A DNA stretch of 64,000 nucleotides, taken from positions 31,004 to 95,003 of the forward strand of contig JBFKDQ010000005.1 of assembly GCA_041619555.1 (NCBI GenBank), read 5' to 3'. Source of the stretch: Oceanococcus sp. GTDB taxonomy: Bacteria; Pseudomonadota; Gammaproteobacteria; Nevskiales; Oceanococcaceae. Positions 9,604-20,000 of the stretch are shown in pieces. The notes below the pieces were generated by a model, which was not told the DNA's origin, ran no database searches, and saw nothing but the letters and a program-made list of their open reading frames with translations. Both the position numbers and the translations under genes were made by a program. How positions within the stretch are numbered: position 1 is the first letter of the stretch; each line of letters begins with the position of its first letter.

Positions 9604-10362
9604 CTAAGTCTCTGCAGTCGGCTCGACTGGCGGCGCTGGCGGCGCGTCCGGCCGCGCGCCAAAGATGTCCACGTAGCCACGATAATTGGCCGCCAGCGTC
9701 ACCGGCACCAGAACCAGCAATCCCAGCCCCAGAGGGAGAACGGCAATCAGACCCAGTGGAATCATGATCAGGCCGAAAACACTCAGCGCAGCCAAGTTGC
9801 GCCAGCAACCCCGGTAGCTGGTGCGCAGCGCCTCGAACACCGGCATCGGCTGCAAGGCGACCAGGGCGGTGGCAAACCACATGGCCAGAACCAGCGGTAA
9901 AAGCAACAACAGGCTGAAACTCAACAGCCACAGCAGGGCCGCAGGCTCCGCCGCCGCCGTGTCGAGCGAAGCGCCGTCCACCAGCACCAGTCCCAGCACC
10001 GAAACCAACACGGCAAACAGCGCGAACAGACCCAGCGTGGCGAGCCCCAGCAGGGCCAGGGCGCCGACCCGATTACTGGAAAAAGCCGAAAACAGATGCG
10101 CAATTCTGAGGCTGCCGCCGGTTTCCAGCGCCAGGCAGCCAGCGAGCATGCCGGCCGTCAGCACCGGGCCAAGAATCGCCATGGCCAGAGGCCCCAGTGG
10201 CAGCAGATTCGCGCCCGCCTGTAGCAGCAACCAGATCAGTGCGATCACGATCCACTCGCCCGGCGCTCGCATGAACAAGCCGAAACCCTGTCGGACCCAT
10301 TGCCAGCCCTGCGCAGCCGGCCAATGGCGAAACCTCTGTTGCTCATCCTGTTGCGAATTCAT
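9604..10362 (-). CDS. BPSS1780-family membrane protein
   Basis: AAQGWQWVRQGFGLF start, LGPVLTAGM, EALRTSYRGCWRN motifs; multiple TM helices. Confidence 0.75.
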   Translation of the reverse strand: MNSQQDEQQRFRHWPAAQGWQWVRQGFGLFMRAPGEWIVIALIWLLLQAGANLLPLGPLAMAILGPVLTAGMLAGCLALETGGSLRIAHLFSAFSSNRVGALALLGLATLGLFALFAVLVSVLGLVLVDGASLDTAAAEPAALLWLLSFSLLLLLPLVLAMWFATALVALQPMPVFEALRTSYRGCWRNLAALSVFGLIMIPLGLIAVLPLGLGLLVLVPVTLAANYRGYVDIFGARPDAPPAPPVEPTAET

Positions 10363-10419
10363 TCTGTCCCCTGCGCGATGGCCCCGAGCATCGCACAGCC
10401 CGAGTGCTGCGCCAATGGC

Positions 10420-11088
10420 TCAGCTCAGGCCAGCGACCATCCCCTGCAGGGCATCCAGGGTTCGATCCAGGGTATAGGCGAAAACGGCGTCGTCATCGTG
10501 TCGCCCCAGTTGCGGGAGGATTTCCAGCCAGGCCCCGCGGCTCTCGGGGGAAAGGCCTTGCAGCGCCTTCTGCACCCCGCTGAATTCATCCGGCACGCTG
10601 CTGGGCAGCACCAGTTCCATCAGCACACTACCGATCACCACCCGGCTCACCCAGCGCTGGGCATCGGCCAGCTGCGCCCCGTGCAGGCCGGCCTGACGTA
10701 AGGCCAGCAAGAGCGGGTTGGACAGCTCCAGCCAGGCCGCCGGCGTCGCCACGCCGGCGCGCAGCTGACTGGCGATAAAGGGATAACGAAGCAACTGGGC
10801 ACGCAGCGCCTGCGCCCAGCACCGCACCGTGTCCTGCCAGCGCGCCCCCGGACTGATTCGGATCTCACCCAGGACCTCCTCGGCCACCGCCTGCAACAAG
10901 TCCTCACGATTGCGCACATGGGTGTATAGCGACATCGGCGCGGCCTTCAGGGCCGTGGCCAAGGCCTGCATCGTCAGATCCTTGTCCGGCTGCCGGCGCA
11001 TCAATTCCAGCGCCGCCGCAACAATGCCGGCGCGCGACAACTGCGCCGGTCGACCGCGTTTGCGAGGCCTCAATTCGGGGCTTGACAT
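10420..11088 (-). CDS. TetR/AcrR family regulator with TetR_C-like C-terminal domain
   Basis: RGRPAQLSRAGIVAAA and LTMQALATALKAAPMSLYTHV HTH. Start set at MSSPELRP (CAT at 11086-11088). Confidence 0.88.
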   Translation of the reverse strand: MSSPELRPRKRGRPAQLSRAGIVAAALELMRRQPDKDLTMQALATALKAAPMSLYTHVRNREDLLQAVAEEVLGEIRISPGARWQDTVRCWAQALRAQLLRYPFIASQLRAGVATPAAWLELSNPLLLALRQAGLHGAQLADAQRWVSRVVIGSVLMELVLPSSVPDEFSGVQKALQGLSPESRGAWLEILPQLGRHDDDAVFAYTLDRTLDALQGMVAGLS

Positions 11089-11109
11089 TATTTCCGTATG
11101 CCTTACGTT
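11082..11109 (+). promoter_or_regulatory. Candidate sigma-70 promoter and operator for the DUF1214 operon
   Basis: Perfect TTGACA (11082-11087), 16-bp spacer, TACGTT (11104-11109); the inverted repeat CGTA-N5-TACG (11095-11107) overlaps it. Confidence 0.45.
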
Positions 11110-11120
11110 ATTTGCCCTTG

Positions 11121-12335
11121 ATGGTAACGACCCAGGAGCCAATCATCAAAGCTTTTCTCGTCAAATGCCTGCAGGGATTTCGCAAGATCCGCCTGCTCAT
11201 GCTCAAGCTACGGGGCCAGACCGAAGCCGATGTCGCCGCCAGACGAATCGTCGAGGGCAAGTCCTGGGAAGAATTCTGCGACACCCTCAAGGCGGCCGGC
11301 AGCGCCATGGTCTTTCCCGGCGCGCCGCGCGACGCCTTCAATCAGGCCGAGGGCTATCGCTACCTCAGTCGCCTGGTCCGGGCGGGCCTGGAGGCTTTCG
11401 TCGAACACGCCGACCCGCGTGCCCCGGTGCTGCGTCGCATGGTGCACGAGACCGTCAAGATGGGCTCCGACAATCCCGACAACGACTACCGCAACGCGCC
11501 GATCAGCGGCGCATACCGCTATCGCATCAGCGGGAAGCGCGGCACCGTTCACTACCTTGGATTCGGCACCCAGAAAGGCCATTACGGTCAGGGCGGCCAG
11601 ATGCCGACAACCGGCTATCTGGAAGCCTCACAGATGCAGATCGACGCTGATGGCCGCTTCGAAATCATCGTCAGCGTCGAGCCACAGGACGGCAACTGGC
11701 TGCCGATGCAAGCGGAATCGAGCATGATCATCGTGCGCCAGACCTTCGAGGACCGCCGTACGGAAGTGCCGGCCAGTCTGAAGATCGAACGCATTGGCGG
11801 CGATGGCCTGCCCTCGCCGGTCACGGCCCAGAGCATCGATCACGGCCTCAACATGGCCAGCACCCTGGTCGCCGGCGCATCCATGCTGTTCGCCAAGTGG
11901 TCGCGAGATTTCCAGCGTCATGTCAATGAGCTCCCGATGTTCGACCCGGAAGTCTCCACCGCTGCCGGCGGCGATCCCAACATCATCTACTACCACAGCT
12001 ACTGGCGATTGGCGGCGGATGAGGCCCTGCTGATCGAAGCCACGCCGCCGGTTTGCGACAGCTGGAATTTCCAGCTCGACAACCACTGGCTGGAATCCCT
12101 GGACTACCGCTACTTCACCATCCATGTGAACAAGCACACGGCGATCTACGAAAGCGATGGCTCGGTGCGGATCATCGTGGCGCACGAGGACCCCGGACTG
12201 CCCAACTGGATCAACACCGTCGGTCATGACTGTGGCGGCATGAGCTTTCGCTGGATCCGCGCCGAATCCCACCCGCAGCCGCAGACCCGGCTGGTCAAGC
12301 TGGCCGAACTGCGGGCTGCAGGGCGCGACCGATGA
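11121..12335 (+). CDS. DUF1214-domain protein (start uncertain, see findings)
   Basis: WEEFCDTLK, AEGYRYLSRL, DNPDNDY, DADGRFEIIVS, WNFQLDNHWLESLDY, DGSVRIIVAHEDPG motifs typical of sulfotransferase-associated DUF1214 proteins. Confidence 0.75.
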   Translation: MVTTQEPIIKAFLVKCLQGFRKIRLLMLKLRGQTEADVAARRIVEGKSWEEFCDTLKAAGSAMVFPGAPRDAFNQAEGYRYLSRLVRAGLEAFVEHADPRAPVLRRMVHETVKMGSDNPDNDYRNAPISGAYRYRISGKRGTVHYLGFGTQKGHYGQGGQMPTTGYLEASQMQIDADGRFEIIVSVEPQDGNWLPMQAESSMIIVRQTFEDRRTEVPASLKIERIGGDGLPSPVTAQSIDHGLNMASTLVAGASMLFAKWSRDFQRHVNELPMFDPEVSTAAGGDPNIIYYHSYWRLAADEALLIEATPPVCDSWNFQLDNHWLESLDYRYFTIHVNKHTAIYESDGSVRIIVAHEDPGLPNWINTVGHDCGGMSFRWIRAESHPQPQTRLVKLAELRAAGRDR

Positions 12336-13576
12336 GCGCCGAATTTCGCCCCTATCGGCCCAGAGCAATTGCCGTGCTCAATCAAATCGGCCGCCTGCTC
12401 GCCACACTGGGCTGGCAATCCAGCCTGGAGCCCGCCCGGCTGCTCCGCAAGGCGCAGGCCCAGACCGGCCTGCCGCCGCTGCAGGACCAAAGCTGCTTGC
12501 CGGCACTCGAAGTGCTGTGCGAATCCATCGACCGGGAAGCCCGCCTGCACCCCTTTGGCCGCTGGGTCATCCAGCAACGTCTGGTCGGCATTCTGGCCAT
12601 GCGCATGCGCGTCGAAGCCGTGCTCGCCGCGCATCCGGACATTCTCGACATCGAAATCGACGCGCCTCTGGTCATCGCCGGCCTGCAACGCACCGGCACC
12701 ACGATGCTGCACCGGCTGCTGGCGGCGGATCCGGACAATCGGGCGCTGCTGTCTTGGGAGGCGATCAGCCCCCTGCCCCACCCGAAGCAAAAGGCCGGCA
12801 AACCGGATCGCCGTGTGGCGCTGGCGCGCACCGCGGAGAAAGGTCTGGCCTATCTTGCACCGGAATTCTTTGCCATCCATCCGGTGGAGGCCGAGGCCCC
12901 GGAAGAGGACGTGTTGCTGCTGGAATACAGTTTCATGAGTCAGGTCCCGCCGGCGACCCTGAATGTGCCCAGCTATGTGCGCTGGCTGGATCAGCAGGAC
13001 ATGACACCGGCGTATCTCTATCTCAAGCAACTGCTGCAGATCCTCCATTGGCAGAAGCCCGGCCGGCGCTGGGTTTTGAAAACTCCGGCGCATCTGGAAC
13101 ATCTGGACGTGCTGCTGAAGGTCTTCCCGGGGGCCCGGATCATCCAGACCCACCGTGATCCACTGCGCACGACCGGCTCCTTTTCCAGCATGCTGGCGCA
13201 CGGTTTTGGCGTATTTTCCGATGCGGTGGACGCAAGCGGCGTCGCGGCGGAATGGCTGGAACGCAATGCCAGAATGGTGGAACGCGCCCTGCAGGTGCGC
13301 AAGGCGCACCCGCAAGCCTTTGTGGACGTGTCCTATTACGACCTGATGCAGGACCCATTGCAGCAGGTGGAACGCATTTACGCCCATGCCGGCCTGAAGC
13401 TTGACGAGCGCGCGCGCACCGCAATGCAGGCCTCGCGGCAACAGAACCGGCAGAACAAGCATGGCAAACACCGCTATCAGCTGGAGGATTTCGGCCTGAG
13501 CGCCAGCGCAGTGAACACACGCTATGCCCGGTACCGCGAATACTTCCAGATCCCCGTCGAAGAAAAGGCAGTCTGA
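12332..13576 (+). CDS. Sulfotransferase (Sulfotransfer_3 family)
   Basis: 5'-PAPS-binding GLQRTGTTMLH, WVLKTPAHL and 3'-PB THRDP motifs; ATGA overlap with the upstream gene. Confidence 0.9.
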   Translation: MSAEFRPYRPRAIAVLNQIGRLLATLGWQSSLEPARLLRKAQAQTGLPPLQDQSCLPALEVLCESIDREARLHPFGRWVIQQRLVGILAMRMRVEAVLAAHPDILDIEIDAPLVIAGLQRTGTTMLHRLLAADPDNRALLSWEAISPLPHPKQKAGKPDRRVALARTAEKGLAYLAPEFFAIHPVEAEAPEEDVLLLEYSFMSQVPPATLNVPSYVRWLDQQDMTPAYLYLKQLLQILHWQKPGRRWVLKTPAHLEHLDVLLKVFPGARIIQTHRDPLRTTGSFSSMLAHGFGVFSDAVDASGVAAEWLERNARMVERALQVRKAHPQAFVDVSYYDLMQDPLQQVERIYAHAGLKLDERARTAMQASRQQNRQNKHGKHRYQLEDFGLSASAVNTRYARYREYFQIPVEEKAV

Positions 13577-13577
13577 C

Positions 13578-14603
13578 ATGAGCGAAACCGGCAACTACCG
13601 CAACCCTGTCCTCGCCACGGTGCATGGCATTCTCGATCTCTTCAAGCGACAGTCGCCAATCGGACAGCTCGGCGACGACGAGCGTCTCGATGGCCAGACC
13701 TGCCTGGTCACCGGCGCCAATTCCGGCCTGGGCCTGGCTACCAGCATCGAGCTTGCCCGCCGCGGCGCCCATGTGATCATGGCCTGCCGGCGCAATGACA
13801 GCGCCGCACTGCAACAGGTCCAATCCGCCAGTGGCGGCGACAAGGCGGAACTGATCGCACTCGATCTGGCCGACATCCCGGCCATTCACGCCTGTTGTGA
13901 CCTCCTCAGAGACCGCGGGGTCCGCCTCGACCGCGTGGTGTTGAATGCCGGACTGGTCCCGCAAAAGGCCAGCCGCACGGCGCAGGGCTTTGAGACCATG
14001 TTCGGCGTGCATTTTCTCGGCAACATGCAATTCGTCCTGCGGCTGCTGGCCGACGGCAGCATCCCCAACCGCAGTTTCAGCGTGACGCCCGCCACGCCGA
14101 CATCCGGCAGCCCGGCACGCATCATCTTCGTTTCATCGGAATCCCATCGCTCCGGCAGCCCCATTGATCTGGCCCACCTTGGCGACTTCGTGGATTATTC
14201 CGCAATGGGCAGCATCGCCCAGTACGGCCATAGCAAGCTGGTGATGACCAGTTTCGCGATGGAACTGGCGCGACGACTGCAAGACGAACAGGGGATTGAC
14301 GTGGCCGTGCATGCGCTGTGCCCGGGGCCGATCAATTCAAATATTGCCCGTGAGGCGCCCGCCGCCTTCAAGCCACTGCTGAAACTGGTGATGGGCGCAT
14401 TATTCGCCAGTCCCGAGAAGGCCGCCGCACCGGTGCTGTTCCTCGCCTGCTCACGCCAGATCGACAGGGAAAGCGGAATCTACCTCCACCTGCTGGTTCG
14501 CAAACAGCCGGCCGCCCAGGCCTGCGATGCCGAACTTGCCCAGGCCATCTGGCAACGCGGCGAGCAGTGGCTCGCGCCATTCGCCCCGGACAGCGCAAGC
14601 TGA
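13578..14603 (+). CDS. SDR oxidoreductase (retinol dehydrogenase/WWOX-like)
   Basis: TGANSGLG, LNAG, FGVHFLG, YGHSK (YxxxK) motifs; ATG lies 1 bp after the upstream stop. Confidence 0.85.
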   Translation: MSETGNYRNPVLATVHGILDLFKRQSPIGQLGDDERLDGQTCLVTGANSGLGLATSIELARRGAHVIMACRRNDSAALQQVQSASGGDKAELIALDLADIPAIHACCDLLRDRGVRLDRVVLNAGLVPQKASRTAQGFETMFGVHFLGNMQFVLRLLADGSIPNRSFSVTPATPTSGSPARIIFVSSESHRSGSPIDLAHLGDFVDYSAMGSIAQYGHSKLVMTSFAMELARRLQDEQGIDVAVHALCPGPINSNIAREAPAAFKPLLKLVMGALFASPEKAAAPVLFLACSRQIDRESGIYLHLLVRKQPAAQACDAELAQAIWQRGEQWLAPFAPDSAS

Positions 14604-14628
14604 CCCCACTCAAGAACGAGACCTGACC

Positions 14629-15132
14629 ATGCCCAGCGCCAGCACCGAAATCCTGATTCATGCCCCGATCGACAGGGTCTGGACCGCCATGACCGACATC
14701 AAGGGCTACCAGAACTGGAACCCGTTTGTCGAAAAGATCGAATGCGCCAGCCTCCCTCCCGCAGTCGGCAGCGATCTGACCCTGCACGTGCGATTTGCCA
14801 ATGGCAAAAAAGTCACGACCATCGAACGCATCACCCGCCTGAACCCACCGGCGTCCGACCCGGACGGACAGCTCAGGGCCACGCTGGAATATCGCTTTCT
14901 CGGCATTCTGGCCAATCTGAACATGGTGCGCGGCAGCCGTCCGCAGATCATCGAACAAGTCGATGCCAACACCACACGCTACCGCACCAGCGAGACCCTG
15001 AGCGGCTGGCTGTCATGGGCGGCGCCGATCAAGTTGGTGCAGGACGGCTTCGAACGTCATGCCGCCGCGCTCAAGCGCTATTGTGAAGAAACCCGGCAAG
15101 ACGCCGATGAGGCGCCGGAATCTGCCGGCTGA
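14629..15132 (+). CDS. SRPBCC/START-like (polyketide cyclase-like) ligand-binding protein
   Basis: EILIHAPIDRVWTAMTDIKGYQNWNPFV and TRYRTSETLSGWL motifs. Confidence 0.8.
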   Translation: MPSASTEILIHAPIDRVWTAMTDIKGYQNWNPFVEKIECASLPPAVGSDLTLHVRFANGKKVTTIERITRLNPPASDPDGQLRATLEYRFLGILANLNMVRGSRPQIIEQVDANTTRYRTSETLSGWLSWAAPIKLVQDGFERHAAALKRYCEETRQDADEAPESAG

Positions 15133-15151
15133 GCGGCAGGTCCTGCCGCGA

Positions 15152-15763
15152 TCAGAATTTGTCCGACCAGGCCAGGGTCCCGCGCATGATCATTTCCACC
15201 GAAATCGTGCCGACGAACAGGGCCGTGATCCGGCCCGCGACCGCGATGTAGCGATCCACCAAGGGCTCGTTGCGCAGGCTGACAAAGTCATGCAGGGCCT
15301 TGAGCAGCAACATGACCCCGACCGACACCAGCACCGCCACATTGATGCAGAGCACGGCAGGCAATGGCCCATGCTCCTGCCCGATCAACACGCTGGCACT
15401 GATCGTGCCAGGGCCAATCAGCACCGGCATGGCAATCGAGCCGGCCAGATGGCGCGATTCTCCCCGCAGGATTTCGATCGCCTCCGGGCCCTTGAACACG
15501 AACTGCAGTCCGATCAGCAAGAACACGATGCCACCGAAGATCTGAAACGAGGCGAACTCGGCTCTGACCAGGGTCGAGAAGATCACATCGCCCAGCACGG
15601 CAAAGCAGGAGAACACCACCGCTGCGATCAGGCCGGCCCGGATCAGCACCCGGTCGAAAGCACGCCGCTCAAGCTTCTTGACCACGTCGACCAGATAGAC
15701 GATGACCAGAAAAGGATTCAGCAACACCAGCAGCAAGGCTGCCGACTTGATGTATTCACTCAC
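15152..15763 (-). CDS. MarC family membrane protein
   Basis: LLVLLNPF, FQIFGGIVFLLIG, SIAMPVLIGPGTIS motifs; GTG start with GGAG RBS. Confidence 0.88.
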   Translation of the reverse strand: MSEYIKSAALLLVLLNPFLVIVYLVDVVKKLERRAFDRVLIRAGLIAAVVFSCFAVLGDVIFSTLVRAEFASFQIFGGIVFLLIGLQFVFKGPEAIEILRGESRHLAGSIAMPVLIGPGTISASVLIGQEHGPLPAVLCINVAVLVSVGVMLLLKALHDFVSLRNEPLVDRYIAVAGRITALFVGTISVEMIMRGTLAWSDKF

Positions 15764-15823
15764 GTCGAACTCCAAAGGAAAAGTGTGCATGGTCGAAAAT
15801 CTGCTCTAGGCCGCAGACCGATC

Positions 15824-16918
15824 TCAGGAGCGCCGCCCCTTGTTGCCACGCGCCTGCTTCTGGAAGCGTTTCTGGCTGCGACTCGGCTTGTCCGCGGTCG
15901 CCTTGCGCGCGGCGATCCCGGCCTGATTCGTGGCCTGCTCCAGCCGCAAGTGGCTGTAGCTATGCCAACGCCGCGGGTCCAGATCTCCGCCATCGATCGC
16001 CGCACGGATGGCACAACCTGGTTCACCCAGGTGCGCGCAATCCGTGAATTTGCAGCGATCAACAAAGGGCATCACATCCGCGAACAGGATCGCCAGCCCC
16101 TGCTCGCAACCGGGCAACTGAACCTCACGCATGCCAGGCGTATCAATAATCAGGCCGCCCCGGCGCAGCCGGTGCATCGAACGCGCGGTCGTCGTATGCC
16201 GACCCTTGGCATCCGCCGCGCGCGCCGCGCCGGTATCCTGGCCCTGACCCGCAGATGCACCAGTCAGCTGATTGCTCAGGGTGGATTTGCCGACCCCTGA
16301 AGAACCGACCATCGCGATGGTTTGCCCGGGCCCGCACCATTCCTCCAGCCTGGCCACCTCGCTGGTGTCCTTCGCATTAAGGGCACAGACCGAAAGCCCA
16401 TCCAGCAGCCCCCGGGCCTGGGCCAGATACGGCTGCGGGTCAGGACAATAATCGGCCTTGGTCAGAATGACAACCGGCCTGACCCTGGCTTGCAGCGCGA
16501 GCAGAAGATACCTCTCGATCCGCTCCAGACTGAAATCCGCATTGCAGGAACTGACGATAAACAGGAAATCCACGTTTGCCGCAATCAGCTGTTCATCCGC
16601 ACGCTCGCCCGCCGCCCTGCGTTTGATGCAACTGAATCGGGGCAGACGCCGCAAGGGCAGTGTCTGCCCGCAGGCATCAGCCCCCAGCAGCAGCCAGTCT
16701 CCGACCGCGAGATCGTAGGACTTGCCGTACAGGGCCAGATCCACGTCATGGATCCCTTCCGCGGACCACAGCACCGCCCTGCCCCGCTCAATGCGAGCAA
16801 TCCTCGCCAGCCATTGGCCCGGCAGGACCTTATCCAACGCATCTTGCCAGCGCGGACCAAAGCCCAGTTCGGCCAGGCTGCAGTTGACCGCCCCGGCGGC
16901 AGATTCCGGCGCCATCAT
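15824..16918 (-). CDS. rsgA: Ribosome small subunit-dependent GTPase A
   Basis: AVGDW, IAANVD, LTKAD (G4), GSSGVGKSTL (G1), GRHTTT, DTPG and C-terminal CKFTDCAHLGEPGC zinc finger. Confidence 0.93.
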   Translation of the reverse strand: MMAPESAAGAVNCSLAELGFGPRWQDALDKVLPGQWLARIARIERGRAVLWSAEGIHDVDLALYGKSYDLAVGDWLLLGADACGQTLPLRRLPRFSCIKRRAAGERADEQLIAANVDFLFIVSSCNADFSLERIERYLLLALQARVRPVVILTKADYCPDPQPYLAQARGLLDGLSVCALNAKDTSEVARLEEWCGPGQTIAMVGSSGVGKSTLSNQLTGASAGQGQDTGAARAADAKGRHTTTARSMHRLRRGGLIIDTPGMREVQLPGCEQGLAILFADVMPFVDRCKFTDCAHLGEPGCAIRAAIDGGDLDPRRWHSYSHLRLEQATNQAGIAARKATADKPSRSQKRFQKQARGNKGRRS

Positions 16919-17030
16919 CCGCCTCCGGCGCGGCCAAGCCTTCCAGGCAACAGGGCCGGGCAGCCGCAGTCCACCAGCGCGCAGCCCGGCGCGGCCAACC
17001 CACGCCCCTGCGCAACCAACGCCACACTCT

Positions 17031-20000
17031 TCAATCCAGGGCCTCCACCGCCGGATCGACCACTTCGGACGCTTGCGCCGTAGAAGCGAGATACAGTTCC
17101 AGGAACTTGTCCCGCGGCACGGCCGGACTCATCAGATAGCCCTGGAATTCGTCACAGCCCATCTTTTCCAGCAGCCAGCGCTGGCTTTCCGTTTCCACCC
17201 CTTCGGCCACGGTCTTGATGCCGAGGCTTTCGGCCAGCGCCACGATCGCGCGGCAGATCGCCGCGCGATCCGGATCGCTGTCGACATCACGCACAAACTG
17301 GCGATCAATTTTCAAAGTATTGATGGAGAAATTCTGCAGATGGGTCAAGGAGGAATAGCCCGTCCCAAAGTCATCCAGCGCGATCGAGAAACCCTTGTGC
17401 TTGAGATCATCAACCACCTGCCGGGCCTTGTCCATGTCGCGCATCAAGCCGGATTCGGTCAGCTCGATTTCCATCACGCCGGGACGGATTCCATAACGCC
17501 GGCAGTGCTCCGCAAAGGTGTGAACGACGCGATCATCGTTCAGGTTCACGCCGGACACATTGACCGCGATACGGACCTGCTTGCCGGACTTCTGCAGCCA
17601 ATGACGCAGATCATGACAGGCCCGCTGTATCACCCAGCAGTCGAGATCAAAGATCAGATCGGATTCCTCCGCCAGGGTGACGAACTCGACCGGAGAAATC
17701 CATCCACGCTGCTGATCATGCCAGCGCAGCAAGGCCTCGGCACCGGTAATCCGCCCTTTGAAGTCATACTTCGGCTGATATTGCAGTTCCAGCTGATCGG
17801 TTTCGATCGCGATGCGCAGGCGCGACTCCAGGTCCAGCCGCGCGGCGGCTCGGGCAGTCATGTCCTTGTCATACACCAGCAGTCCGGTCTTGCGGTGCCG
17901 CGCCTGTTCGTAGGCCGCAGTGGACGCGAACTTCATCATCGAAGCGATGTCTTCGGCATGCTCGGGATAGGTCGCGATGCCAATGGACAGAGAAACCGGC
18001 ACCCGATGCTCGCCAATCAAGATGGGCAGTGCAACCAGGGCATTGAAACGCTCCGCCAACGTGACCGCATAGGTTTCGGCGAAGTCATCGCGAACGAAAA
18101 TCGCAAATTCGGCCCCTTCGATGCGCGCCAGATCCTGGCCGACGGCCTCGGCGCAATTGTCATGCGTCAGGCGCATGAAATTCGCGACCAGGCTGCGCAG
18201 AAGATCATCCTTGCCTTTGCTGCCCAGGGTATCGGTGATCTGTTTCGGAATTGCGACGACCACACTCATGACGGCAAGGGACTCGCCTTTCGCCTTGGCC
18301 TGGCGCAAGGCATTCTCGGCCCGGAGGGTGAAAAGATCACAGTTGGGCAGCCCGGTGAGGGGATCGTAATAGGCCAACTGGTTCAATCTCGCTTTGCGCT
18401 CCTGGTTCTTGAAATTGATCCGCAGGAACAGCCACAGCAGCAGCAACACGACGATACTGTAAAGGCCGTAGGCCCACCAGGTCGCCCAGGGCGCTGAAAG
18501 CACCGTGATTTTCAATTCCAGGGCCTGTTCCGACCAGACCCCCTCGCTGTTGGAACCACGCACCCGGAAAACATACTCGCCGGCATCCAGATCGGTATAG
18601 GTGGCGCTGCGGCGCACGCTCGGCGCGCTCCAGCGACGATCGAAGCCCTCCAGCAGAACCGAATACAGATTCTTGTCCGGCGCCGCGAAATCCAGCGCTG
18701 CGTATTCCAGGGTCACCACGTCGTCGTCATGCTCAAGCACCAGCGACCGCAGGCGCGGCACGGGCACATTCAGCTGTGCCGGCTTGTTGAACTTCTCCAC
18801 TTGGGTCAGCACCAGTTTCGGGGCCGCCGTACGATTCTCGACTGCAGGCGGATCGACGATGTTGTAACCGCCGGCGCCACCGAAATACAGCAAGCCATTG
18901 CGCGACGCGAAATGCGCGCCGAAATTGAATTCATCGCCGAACAGGCCATGCTCCTGATGGAAGACCCGCACGCGTCGGCTTTCCGGGTCCAGGCGCATCA
19001 GTCCCTTGTTGCTGCTGAGCCAGAGCTGGCCGCCGCCATCGGCGCGGATGCCATAGATCACGTTGCTCGACAGTCCGTTGCCGGTGGTGAACCGCCGCAC
19101 GACCGGCGAACCACTCATCAGCGCCTCGCGTCCCAGCACCGCGACACCATGGCCGGCGGTACCGAGCCAGACATCTCCCCGCGGATCGACATGGATGCTG
19201 TAGATGGTTTCCGATGGCAGGCTGGCGGCATTCGCGGCCACTGCACGAAACCGGGTGATCTCGCCGTTGCCAGTGTTCAGTCGCGCCAACCCGAGATCTT
19301 CGGTACCGATCCAGATCTCCCCCTCCGGCCCGCCGGCCAGGGCGGTGGCCCGGCTGGTCACCAGGTCCGTATGGGGGCCGCCCCAGGCCACCCGACGGAT
19401 CTGCCCGGACTCCGCATCGATGCGGCTGACGCCACCATTGTACGTGCCGGCCCAGATCGAGCCATCGGCGCTTTCCAGCAAGGACATGACGCCAGGACTA
19501 CCCAGCGCATGCGGATCATCGCGACCGATGGGAAAGCCTTGCAGCCGCCCGGTTTCCGGCTCATACCGATACAGGCCCTGCAACTGAGTGCCAATCCAGA
19601 TGCGCCCACGCCGATCCCGCAGCAAAGACATGATGCGGGCATCAGCCAGGGCATCGACTTGCGCGTTCAAGGGCAAGTCACCCAACAGGCGCCCGAAGGC
19701 ATCCAGTCGCAGCAGACCCCGACCGATGGTGCCGAGCCAGATCTCTCCATCTGGCCCGTCGGCGAATGCATTCACATGAGCCCCGGACAACCAGGTCGGC
19801 AGACGGGCACCGAGCGACCAGCTGCGTGGGTTCCACCGGGAAACGCCACCGCCACGGGTGCCGATCCAGACCAGATCATTGGCATCCTGATGGATCGACA
19901 TGGCGTAATCATTGGACAAGCTGTAGGGGTCTGCCGGATTGTGCCGAATCTGCCTGAACGTCTGTGTCGCCGGATCCAGAACACTGACTCCATTCTGGGT

